A stretch of 64,000 nt of DNA, from NCBI GenBank assembly GCA_001949185.1, contig BDGG01000004.1, positions 2,732,912 through 2,796,911 on the forward strand. Direction: 5' to 3'. The translations under genes were made by a program, and so were the position numbers. Source of the DNA: Ramazzottius varieornatus (Eukaryota; Animalia; Tardigrada). Shown in pieces: positions 41,905 through 52,497 of this stretch (position 1 is the first letter of the stretch; the number at the start of each line of letters is the position of its first letter). The notes beneath the pieces are model-generated. The model was not told the origin of the DNA and made no database searches. It worked only from the letters and a program-made list of their open reading frames with translations.

Positions 41905-42733
41905 CTAATATCCTCCTTGACCTCCCTGGCCTCCTTGAGGACGAGGACCAGATCCGCGACCGTATCCTGAAAATCCGCGACCATATCCCGAAGAGGGAGC
42001 ACCTCCACGCTGTAACCGGAAACAAGAACGTCAATATCAAAAAACATTGAGCAGTACGTCGGCAAATTATTTCACCTAGATCACTATCACAAGTGGCGCA
42101 TATTTTGAATGTTATTAGCTAAGACCATGCGCCACTCGGGAAATTTCGTTTGTCGACGTCTGGAATGATGTTCAACAAGAATGCAAAAGTTCCATTGCCA
42201 CTTACGTATTCCATCTGTTGTCCGGGAGCAAGACCAAGGTCGTCTTTCTTCTGTTCGGTTTTTCTGTAGTCGTCACGGTTATCGTATGGTCTTGCTTCGT
42301 AAGCTCCAGCTCGCTGCAAGGGCTTAGCTCGCTGAGTCTCAGCACGGGCCTTAGGCTTCATGGTGGCAGGTACAATCTCGGTGGGTAAATGGAGGTATTC
42401 CCGGATGTATTCAATGCCTTCATTCGTCAGGTACCAGTAGAAATGTCTCCACGCAAACTGCTCCTTCACGTAGCCTCGGCTTTTCATTGACTGCACAACA
42501 ATGAATATAAATCAATCAATCAAGCCTTACCAATAATGTCGTACAGAATACCGGGTAGCACAGCTTACAAGGTCCCCCAGTGCGCTTACCTGAAGACATT
42601 TCATCACATGAAGATTCGGCACCGTTGATATAAGAGGGTGCTTTGCAAGGTGCACATCCTTCTTAGCTACGAGAACACCTTCGTTGAAGAGGTATTCGTA
42701 GATATCCTTGGTGTGCTTCTTGGGCATTAACAT
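41905..42733 (-). CDS. RPS10: 40S ribosomal protein S10 (eS10), 3 coding exons plus upstream non-coding exon
   Basis: [26 protein letters not shown]...VPNLHVMK; [43 protein letters not shown]; RGG/GYGRG tail. Confidence 0.97.
42056..42160 (-). mobile_element. Intronic palindromic element copy 4, in RPS10 last intron (sense to host)
   Basis: Minus strand GACGTCGACAAA...GAGTGGCGCA-N27-TGCGCCACTTG...TTTGCCGACGT; spacer 42101-42127. Confidence 0.78.
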
Positions 42734-43503
42734 TTTCTGTAAGAAGAACAACAGCAACTCGCCCTACGCTCCATCATTAGTCCGTTCATATGGCACCCAG
42801 ACACAACAGCGAACACTTACCGCTCGTTTTCAGGGGATGAGCTGCTTATTGAACAGAACAGATGTTGTGGATGGAACAGATTTACCTAGAGATCAAGTTC
42901 TTCGACGAATCTTCTGATGGAGCTCGTCAGAAAATAATTTTGGTCGACTGCTTTTCCGGCTGGCCCCTCTCTCAACCTGGCGATCACCGCAGCGCAACCC
43001 TTGACATGAGCGCCCGTGTTCATTGCTTTGGTTGGCAGCAGTGTCGAGAACTTTACTTCCGTACGCCATGAAACGCAGCCCCTCACTTCCCCAGGGACTG
43101 CATTCACTGTAAGTTTGCAACAGGGTGACCTTCCGTATTTTAATGAGTCAACTCGACAGAGTCGATAACGGCCAACGGTTGATTCTTGATTACACTGGTT
43201 TGAAACCGGAATCTTGCCGGAAGTCCATAAACGCAGAGAAACTGAATCAAATTCTGCTGAATGATCACGAGTCCATCATTGCTTCCTTCACTGGTTCGAG
43301 AGTTTCCTGGATGGACGGTACTGCGTGGGATACTGACAGGAAGTCCGGAGTCTGAAGTCACATAGGGAACATGCGAGGATAGGTTGCACGAATGGTACCT
43401 GCGAGTCTGAGCAGCTGCATGTGCGTTTATCACCCGTGGTGGTCTGATCTCCTTCTCGCAACTTCATAGACGTATTTGACAAGTATCTCCCCGCACGGTG
43501 ATC

Positions 43504-44997
43504 ATGGATGCGGAAAACCTACCGCCAAGCGATCCGGGTGAGTGGCGCGTCGAGGGCCTTTGATCGTTCTTTGCATCATTACTAACGCACATTCAACCCT
43601 ATATGTATACGTATACTGCGGAAAGGAAGTCCTGAGAACATCTTGTCCAACACGGTGCTATCTGTGCGAACCTACCTGACTGAACTACGTCTTTTGCAGA
43701 GCTGCGCAAAATAATCGAGACGCTGGCACAATATGTGGGGAAGAATGGGACGCAGTTCGAGGAAATGGTCAGGACAAGAGAAGCGAACAACCCGCAGTTC
43801 TCTTTCCTTCGCGGCGGGGACTTTTACAAGTACTACGCAAACTGCGTTGCTGCCGAGCAGAAAAAACTCCCCGGACGTCCACCTTTGACTCCATCGACTC
43901 CTGTAAGTACGCCGAACAACCTAACACCTGCAAGCTCTTCACGCTTCTCCCAGGCACCACCAGCTGCAGCAGTTCCTCCGACCACCCACGGACTAGCCCA
44001 AGGTCCCTCCATGCCTGGCACGACATCTTTCGGCAACACGACGGAACCTCCGGCTGCAGTGATACCTCAACTGCCAGCTTTCTCGGGACTTCCTCCTCAT
44101 ATCCAACATCAAATACAGCAGCAAATGGCGCTGAGGTTCGGCAGCCCGCCGCCTCTCTGGCAGTCTTCAGGTAACGACGGCCATCTGAAGTTGGTCGACA
44201 AGCGCGATAACTTTTAAACGGAAGTGCTTTGCGTGATAGGTACCACAGATGCCAGTCGTCTCCCTCAGGCCATGGGAGACCAAACATTCCCACCGCAGAA
44301 TCAGCAAGGTCTTAACTTCCCTCCGCCGTCCATTCGTCCGCGGTTCAATCAGCCACCTGGGCAAAGTCCCCATATGTTTGGTCCGCCACCTAGTTATCAA
44401 GGTGGCATGGGAGCTTTTCCTCCTCCCGGCCTTGTCCGGCCTGGATTTGTCCTTCCGGCAGTGCCTCCTCCTTTTCAAGCACCGCACGAGATGCCGGCCA
44501 GTGAGGCACAACGACCTGAGTCTCGTCCGTGGTATGAACTTCCGGCGGGACTGATGCTGTCGCTGGTGCGGACAGAGGACTTCAACTACAGGAGCCTGGA
44601 CCCGAAGGCCCTGGCTATTCCGCCACCTCAGCCCATCACGGAGAGGATACTTCGAGCGGTCGAAGCGTTCTACGCTCCGCCAAATCCTTCTCAACCTCGT
44701 AGTGCCGAAGGATGGGAAAAGCTTGGTACGCATTTTTTAACAGCTGTATGGTGTACTATCAAAACGTGCTCATGTTTTATTCTTCCAGGTCTGTACGACT
44801 TCTACAAAGCCAAAGATGCGGCCAAGAAGAAAATCGGACGAGGAGAGAAGGTGCGGCAGTACAGACCTGGACAGTCTCGTTCTCCGAGTCCTGAATCAGA
44901 CTATTCGAGGTCACGGTCCCGCAGTCGGGGTAGGACGGATTCTCGTTCAAGATCTCGATCGATGTCGCCTAAACGTCGGAGGAGGAGTAGATCGTAA
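43504..44997 (+). CDS. CHERP: CHERP-like splicing factor (SURP domain, Pro-rich region, CHERP C-terminal conserved domain, RS tail)
   Basis: ELRKIIETLAQYVGKNGTQFEEMVRTREANNPQFSFL; PWYELPAGLMLSLVRTEDFNYRSLDP...RILRAVEAFY...EGWEKLGLYDFYK; RS repeats. Confidence 0.85.
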
Positions 44998-45340
44998 CGT
45001 TTTTCACCTAAAACAATTGACCAAACAAATGCGGCACTGTAGTGTGTTGAGAATTGCCCAATGCCCATGGGGCAATGCCTAAATCTGCGAGTCCGTAAAA
45101 CTTTTTTTGTTCCTTGTTACTGTTTTACCCATTGGCCGTGAAAAACTGTAACGGAAGTGTAGTCTTCAGAGTTTAGACACGCGTTGAAGACGTGCCAGCG
45201 GAGTGTTCAGACTTCAGAGTCTAGACTTGATAGACAGGAGGCAAACTCTGGCCACGCCCTGCTGTAAAGGTGTTATACTTATACGGCATAATATCGAGTT
45301 GATTGATTTGATCGTCCAAACGGAATTTCAAACTTCGAAG

Positions 45341-45547
45341 CAGTGTTCGCCAGGTAAGCATTTACCAACCTTTCGAATGGCTTGCCAAATGGCTGCTGAA
45401 TAATGATGGTATAAGCAAATCGCACCAAAAATCGGTGACTTGAATAATTCTAGCTGATTTGTGTTCGGATTTGATTGAGTGTCTGGTCTTGGGGCAAGCT
45501 TTGGTGTCTCAGAGTACGTCGGTAAAAGTTTACCTTGACGAACACTG
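45341..45547. mobile_element. 207-bp non-autonomous DNA transposon (MITE) with ~30-bp TIRs and 9-bp TSD
   Basis: Left CAGTGTTCGCCAGGTAAGCATTTACCAAC vs reverse complement of right CAGTGTTCGTCAAGGTAAACTTTTACCGAC; direct repeat ACTTCGAAG at 45332-45340 and 45548-45556. Confidence 0.85.
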
Positions 45548-46194
45548 ACTTCGAAGTCCAGTCTGCAGTCAGCGGGAATCTTCCTTTGATTATCGTAGTA
45601 ACATTTTAATCTACAACTTCCCGTTTGTTTTTCTGGGTGGCCAGATCCTGGACGATGTCAGCGGGGAACACCAAAGAATTTGAGAAAGTGATACGCCGGA
45701 AGAAGATGGAAAGTTGATCGCGGATCTTGCCATTCTCAGACCGGAACACTAAACCGAGCACGTTCATATATTTGACGGAAAAGCCATCTCACCCTCCGGT
45801 ACTGTTCTTTGCCGCTGGCACTAATACCTTTTGTTGTTCACCTTCGGGACAGTCCAAGTGAGCATTGCGAGGACAGATCAGCTGACAATCACTTCTTCCA
45901 AAGTACCCGCACAAGGTTAGTTAGGGAATGATGAGCATAATGTCCGTACATGCGCGCTGCATTCCTCATGGAAGGTACTGATGAACAAAACTTCCATTAG
46001 TCTGTCCGACACTCTTTCTCGCAAACAAAACACGAACATCGTGCGATACCGTATCGTACCGCAAGATGTCCACGCACTGGCGCGCACCCACGCAATATCT
46101 CACAGGATTACAATACCAGTCTATCAGAATCTGATGATTTACCATGTTCGAGTATACAACATAAAGCAGTGCGAACATGGTTTTTGCAGGAAAA

Positions 46195-49100
46195 ATGTCT
46201 TTGCCGAGGTGGAGGAGGATCGCTCGAGGAGCCGGTATCGTTGGTGGGATAGCAGGCGCGGGTTATGGCGTATTCATGCTTTATCGAATGCGGGATGTGA
46301 GAAAGGTGCGTACGAACTCCTCTTCTAAGTTAGTTACTCACTAGGTTACACTCACTCCGCTAGGCTGCACATGGCCGAGCTTCTCAAATGACCCCTGACA
46401 TCTTCGTCGTTCGTTACAGGTTTATGCAGAATCGTCGGTGTCCCGGAGTAAGCCGAAGGGCTATTTGCCGTACATTCCGAGCAGGGAAGAGCAGGTGAAA
46501 GCACTGCAAACCGTCCCGGAGTACGATGTTCTTATCATTGGCGGTGGCTGCACAGGCACCGGTGTAGCGTTGGATGCTGTCAGCCGAGGTAAATCGTTCA
46601 CTGTAACTACCAGGTGACATTCCAGTTTACAGATTTACTTTTAGGCTTGAAAACCGCACTGGTCGAAATGGATGACTTCGGAGCCGGCACTAGCAGCCGA
46701 AGTACCAAGCTGATCCACGGCGGTGTTCGGTACCTCCAGAAGGCTATCTTAGGTCTTGACCATGAACAGGTACCTCCTGAGTGGTATTGAACAGCGCTGC
46801 AGCCGTGCAGCGAATCTAGTAATTCATGTTCATATGCTTTCAGTACAAAATGGTGAAGGAGGCCCTTACCGAACGCGCGAATCTTCTCGACATCGCCCCG
46901 CATTTGTCGAAACCCTTGCCTATTATGCTACCAGTTTACAAGTAAGACACTGTACAGACTTCGTTCTCTGGTGTTCGATGTCTTGTTTCCGAGGGAAGAT
47001 TTATATCGATTCGCAACTTTCATTTCTGCTGTATGTGCAGATGGTGGCAAGTTCCTTATTACTGGGTTGGTATCAAGGCCTACGATTTGGTCGCTGGTCG
47101 GCGGAACCTAAAGAGCAGCTACTTCCTGTCCAGTGAACGAGCGCTGGAACTGTTTCCCATGTTGAAGAAAGAAAAATTATGCGGCGCACTTGTTTACTAT
47201 GACGGTATGTTGTTTCTGACAAGTTTATAGTGAAGTATTTATAGAGTTCTGTGATTATTTAACAGGACAACACAACGACGCCCGTATGAACTTGGCCATT
47301 GCTTTGACTGCAGCCCGCTTGGGGGCTAATACCGTCAATCACGTCAAGGTTACCGAACTGTTGAAGGAACCGAATGCCGAAGGAACGGCAATTGTCAGAG
47401 GGGCTCGTCTCCAAGACATGGTTACTGGTTAGTCTGTTGTTTCTTTAGATAATATGTATCCGTACAGTACAAACCTTCCTGTGATGGAGGGGCGTTGGGC
47501 AAACAAACCGCACAAGATCGTTGTTCCAAGTGACGCACACTTCCAGCTGATAACGATAAGTGTCTGCGCCACTTGGGCTGACGAACTTGTGTGTTTGGTT
47601 TGCGTGGCTGTGATTACATCGTAATGTAAATTTGTTAATTTCGCTCAGGCAAGGAATGGAATGTGCGGGCTAAATGTGTGATCAACGCCACGGGTCCATT
47701 CACCGACGGCATCCGGCAGATGGATGATCCCAAGCAGCCCAAAATCTGCCAGCCCGCTTCGGGCATCCACATCGTCCTGCCAGACTACTACAGTCCGGCC
47801 AACATGGGTCTCCTGGATCCCAATACCAGTGACGGGCGTGTCATCTTCTTCCTTCCCTGGGAGAAGGTGACGCTGGCCGGAACGACAGACTCGCCCTGTG
47901 AGATCACCCACCACCCCATACCGGCTGAGAAAGAAATCCAGTTCATTCTCAAGGAGGTACGAGGGTACCTGGACAAGTCCGTGGCGGTCAGACGTGGGGA
48001 TGTTATGTCGGCATGGGCTGGTATCAGACCTCTAGTCAACGATCCAAACTCCAAAAAGTCTACGCAAGAAATTGCCCGTAACCATATCATTCACGTTTCC
48101 GACTCGAAACTCGTGACCATTGCTGGTGGTAAATGGACAACTTACCGGCTGATGGCGGAAGAAACAGTTGATGTCGCCATTCAAGCGTGCGATCTGAAGG
48201 TAGGGCAAGTATGGAACCGAAGAGATAAAAAAAGTAAAATTTTTGTGCTGTTGGAAAACCTTTTCCAGAAATTTTACTTCGGAGCTGATTCTGTGGGGTA
48301 TACTGGTACGATTTCTTGTTACAGCCCACTCAGCCAGAATGTCAAACTATGGGACTGATTCTCGACGGAGGCCACGAATGGACACCCACGACATACATTC
48401 GTCTCGTTCAGGACTTCGGCCTGGAGAACGAGGTGGCACAGCATCTGGCCCGAACATATGGAGATCGCGCTTACAAAGTTGGTCGCTCCTGCAAGCTGAC
48501 AGGTCGTAGGTGGCCGGTGGTGGGGAAGCGTCTGCACGAAGACTATCCCTACCTGGAAGAAGAGATTGGTGTCGCGGTGAAAGAGTACGCCCAAACGGCT
48601 GTTGATGTAATAGCGCGTCGTTTCCGCCTGGCCTTCATCAACACTCAGGCCGCACTCGAGTGCCTTCCGCGCATCATCGATCTGATGGCTGAAGAACTGA
48701 AGTGGTCCAAAGAAGAGAAAAAGGTAAGGAGTGATTCACTCTCCACCTGCGTTCGACAGGTGTCATCTGTTTATTTTCTCTAGGCCCAGATGGAGCAAGC
48801 TGTCGAGTTCATCCACAAGGATATGGGACGAAGTGTTCAAGCTGAATCTCGCAATGTACCGATCAACTTCACGCTCGATGAAGTCAACAGATACCTCTCG
48901 CAGTTCAAAACACTGGACAAAGAAAATAAGGGATACATTACGATTCCTGATATCAGAAGAACACTGAAGGTACCGAACAGCGCTAGATCCTTTTTGGTAG
49001 TTTCTCAACTGGCGCACATTTCCAGCCAACAACCACGAGAAAGTGCGCCTTTTGAGATAACCTGGTTCAGTTTTTGCCTACGTCCCAAATTTAGTTTTCT

Positions 49101-49467
49101 GCGTTGACACGAATGCTTTGCAGCAACATGGGGAAACTGTCAGCGACGCTGAGCTGCATGAGCTGCTGAATGAAGTCGATATGAACAGGTTTGTGGATCG
49201 AACGACCGAAACTTCCTGGTACGTTGTAGTGACGGTGTGGGTCTTTGGTTTTTAGGAATGGTCAAATCGATACTGGAGAGTATCTTCAGGTAAGCACTTG
49301 ATCGTACCATCGCCATGCGATTCTTTAAGACCTAACGGAAGTTGCTTTTTTAGTTTATGTCGGCGTTGAAGACTGGGGCTGTTGCCAGTAGCCGTTTCGC
49401 CCACGCACTGGAAATCGATCCAGGTAGTACCCAAGTGGCGGTGAACCGAAGTGGGGGTGGTTTATAA
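46195..49467 (+). CDS. GPD2: Mitochondrial FAD-dependent glycerol-3-phosphate dehydrogenase with C-terminal EF-hands, multi-exon
   Basis: [53 protein letters not shown]; [16 protein letters not shown]; [10 protein letters not shown]; [20 protein letters not shown]; ends VNRSGGGL. Confidence 0.96.
47489..47605 (+). mobile_element. Intronic palindromic element copy 5, in GPD2 intron; long, nearly continuous hairpin
   Basis: GCAAACAAACCGCACAAGATCGTTGTTCCAAGTGACGCA-N27-TGCGCCACTTGGGCTGACGAACTTGTGTGTTTGGTTTGC; spacer 47538-47564. Confidence 0.8.
49000..49087 (+). mobile_element. Intronic palindromic element copy 6 (left arm eroded), in a second GPD2 intron
   Basis: TTTCTCAACTGGCGCA-N27-TGCGCCTTTTGAGA; right end TTTGCCTACGTCCCA; spacer 49017-49043. 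Confidence 0.72.
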
Positions 49468-51734
49468 TTTGTCAAGTCGACCTGCATTGAGATACCGACC
49501 GCGATGGACGAACTGGCCCGAATCTCCTTGTGATAGTCCTGTGCAGCTGTCCCGCAGCAAGAGTCCATATTCCCGTGTGTCCAAGTTCCTCGAGTTTTAG
49601 TCATCCTTGAATTCCGCAAATAGATTCGTAGCTGTTTGATTTTGTCTCGTGGGTTTCTTGTGTACGTCTTTTTATTTTATTTATTTAATTTCTTGATGTG
49701 GAGTAGAGTTCGTTGCCAACACTGTAGTAGTCTTGACATGATTGAGTAGAAGCTTGTTACGCAGGTAGTCGTGTAAGTGGGAATTATCTCTTTTTCGACG
49801 AGATAGTTGGCGGTGATTTGACTCTTCTTTAACTTATTACCGGCTTCGATCTATCCATCACGCGTACCGGCTACGGCTGTGCACAAGATTTACGCGGACA
49901 ATAAAAGAGAGTGGGTCGAATGCTACGTGCTCACGACGTTAGAAGTCTACGTACACGTGTATGCGAATTCCGGCCTTCGCATAGGTTAAGTTGCTCGCCG
50001 CTCGGTAATCGCTGAAAGGATCACCAAAAGTCGGGCCTACACTTCTTCGCGAAAGAAAGCGAAACATATGTAAACTGTCTCCCGTCTCATCTGGTCCCAT
50101 CTGAACAGGGGACTACTGGTACTTCGAGTAGGTTCGAGAACCAGTGCTCGAATCAAGTGCTACTTCCGGGTGCCAGTTTCTGGGACCTCCAAATTAAATC
50201 GAGACACTCAATAAATATTTGATTTAATTTTCCGTACTTGTTCACCACGGCACGCGAAAGAACTTGACAGCTTGGTGGAGTTACAGGTTTTTCATTTCGG
50301 GAAAAGGGAACTGGGTGTGGTAATCTCGATCGGCTTGCGTACTTAGCCTGCTGGGAAAACAAGGGGCTGTCAAAGTTTTGGAGGCTAAAAGAAAGGGGGA
50401 AGGCACTGCATCTGTCGATTCACAAGCCTGATCCAATAAATAACGGGATATCAGGTTTTTCCTACCATAAGGAGCCTTATGGTGTTACTGCCGGAAGAAA
50501 TGTCCAAAGATGTTTCACAGATCTAATTATGTGTTGCTTGATGGTGAGATCGGTGGAACATTACAGACTTACATGTTGGCGTCATAGTGCCACGATAGTG
50601 ATAGCCATAACCCTCTTCAAACGTCAAATTATTGTCTCGTGTAACGCGATAGTAAACCCCGTGTCGCACACCAACAAACAGTAATTATATTTCCCCTTGC
50701 ATTGTGAGTTTGCTCGTCTCAAAGGAGTGTCTCCTATCGAAAAGCAATTGCTCCTGACGAGCCCGCCGGAACGACCTCGACGTCATCGTTAGCGATTTCC
50801 ATTTTGTCTCTTGGTTATGGTGGCAGGGTATCATGCTGGCAAACTTACATAGCGCAACGTTGTGATTTGCTCTTTGTAATCCGCACGCATGCGGACTGCT
50901 TAGGTGTGGTCAAAAAGGTTGTATTCGACCAGAAAACTGTCCTTCTACGGCGATAATTAAAGGTTCAAAATCGAAAAAAGACGGACATGAATGTGAGCAG
51001 TCAGGTAAAGTGTACAGGACATGAAAACCGATCATGATTCATGCCTATAATCACATCGGTTTACCGGAAAGCATTCCCCGGCACGTTCTCGCAGTCGGTA
51101 TAATGAGTTCGTGCACCTGTGATGTTAACCAGACTACACCTGCCCACGTATTCTTCAGGAATTTAATTGCTGGACGACACGCGAAATTCATAAGTAGCAG
51201 AATTTTATGGTTGCCATCTCAGAGAAGCGCAAGGTTGAGGACCTCAAGCTCTTCGACTCATTCAAAAGATTGTGGAATCAGCTGATGAAAAAATTAGAGA
51301 TGACCTTTTGGATAATATGAGGCGAGGATGATATACCGGCTATTGCTATTACTTCATCGGTTCTTCGACGAGGCTGACTTCGAAGTGACTGACCTGTGAT
51401 ATATGGAATATTTATATGAATATTTTTGGATACACCATACGTCAGACCACGTCTGATACAAATCAAACCACTACTCATAAACGTTAAATCCGCAACAGAA
51501 AAGCTGAGAAAGGCCTGCCACGCAGTCTGTGCCGTTGTGAAAAGTCTAGTACCGAAGACAGGGTAAAAGCCCAGATATCTGTTCCCAAGTACGCCAAAAG
51601 TAATTACATGAAGAGACTTCCGTTTCGCGGTAACATTAGAAGAAATAAATTAGCTCCTGGTGAAAAACTGGCTACGTCTAATAATTAGCAAACTAATCAA
51701 AACTTCGTCCGTGCTTGGAACATCGACTCGCTCG

Positions 51735-52220
51735 TTATTTTCCCCAACTAGCCAGTTGCCAGTTGCTAGCTCGTCGATTCTTGGCTGCCGCTATTTGGCG
51801 TTGTAGTGATCGGACATATTCATCAGTCCACTCGACTGGTGTCCGCTTTCCCCAGGCTCGCAGGTTCTGGCTCCACGCTCCTCGCTTCCCCCAAGCCTTC
51901 AGTCCGCTGGTCCATCCATTAGATACATCTCGATCAGCTCGCTTCCCCCATGACGCTCGCATACCATCCCTCCATCCGGCGGCTTCTCGGATGCTTCGGG
52001 TTGGGATTTCCGCTAGTTGAAGGTCTTCGACAGTAATGTCATCCGGCTCTTGGCTTCGCTTTCCCCAGGAAGACTTCATGTCGGCCCAATCTCGCTTCTC
52101 CGCTTTGTCCATTCCCGTCGAAATGGCAGCTGTTGACTGAGCTGAAGTCTTCGGGGCGAAACTTCCGAGCAGGACGAAGCCCAGTAGACAGAGTCCAGAG
52201 AGGCTGACGATCTTCTCCAT
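51735..52220 (-). CDS. MIP: Myoinhibitory peptide / allatostatin-B (Wamide) neuropeptide precursor
   Basis: Signal peptide MEKIVSLSGLCLLGFVLLGSFA; five W...W-G-K(R) peptides: DWADMKSSW, AAGWRDGMRASW, NGWTSGLKAW, GAWSQNLRAW, ASNWQLASW. Confidence 0.9.
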   Translation of the reverse strand: MEKIVSLSGLCLLGFVLLGSFAPKTSAQSTAAISTGMDKAEKRDWADMKSSWGKRSQEPDDITVEDLQLAEIPTRSIREAAGWRDGMRASWGKRADRDVSNGWTSGLKAWGKRGAWSQNLRAWGKRTPVEWTDEYVRSLQRQIAAAKNRRASNWQLASWGK

Positions 52221-52491
52221 ATCGAGACCGAAGGAAGGTCGCGACTGTTGGGACGATGAATAAAGTTTGGTGACCAAAGAAAGTGCTCCTGTTCACGACC
52301 AGGAAGAGCAAATCAAGCTTGACAGAAAAATTCCGCTCTGATCTAAATCAACGACATTAGTAAAGTTGGAAAATCCGCGATGGGCTATTAATGTTGAAGG
52401 GTCGTCACAACAGATTATGGAGAGAGAAAACAGGATAAACGTTGGTGTTTTCTCACGGTGCGGGTATGGGAAGTTCCAGCTGCGGTTCGTC

Positions 52492-52497
52492 TTTATA
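52492..52497 (-). promoter_or_regulatory. Candidate TATA box of the MIP gene
   Basis: Minus-strand TATAAA ~270 nt upstream of ATG, upstream of a probable 5'-UTR intron (acceptor near 52289). Confidence 0.35.

Noticed and set aside
43125-43355. 76-aa ORF between RPS10 and CHERP
   Set aside because: Non-ATG start, no homology recognised; more likely bidirectional promoter or 5'UTR sequence.
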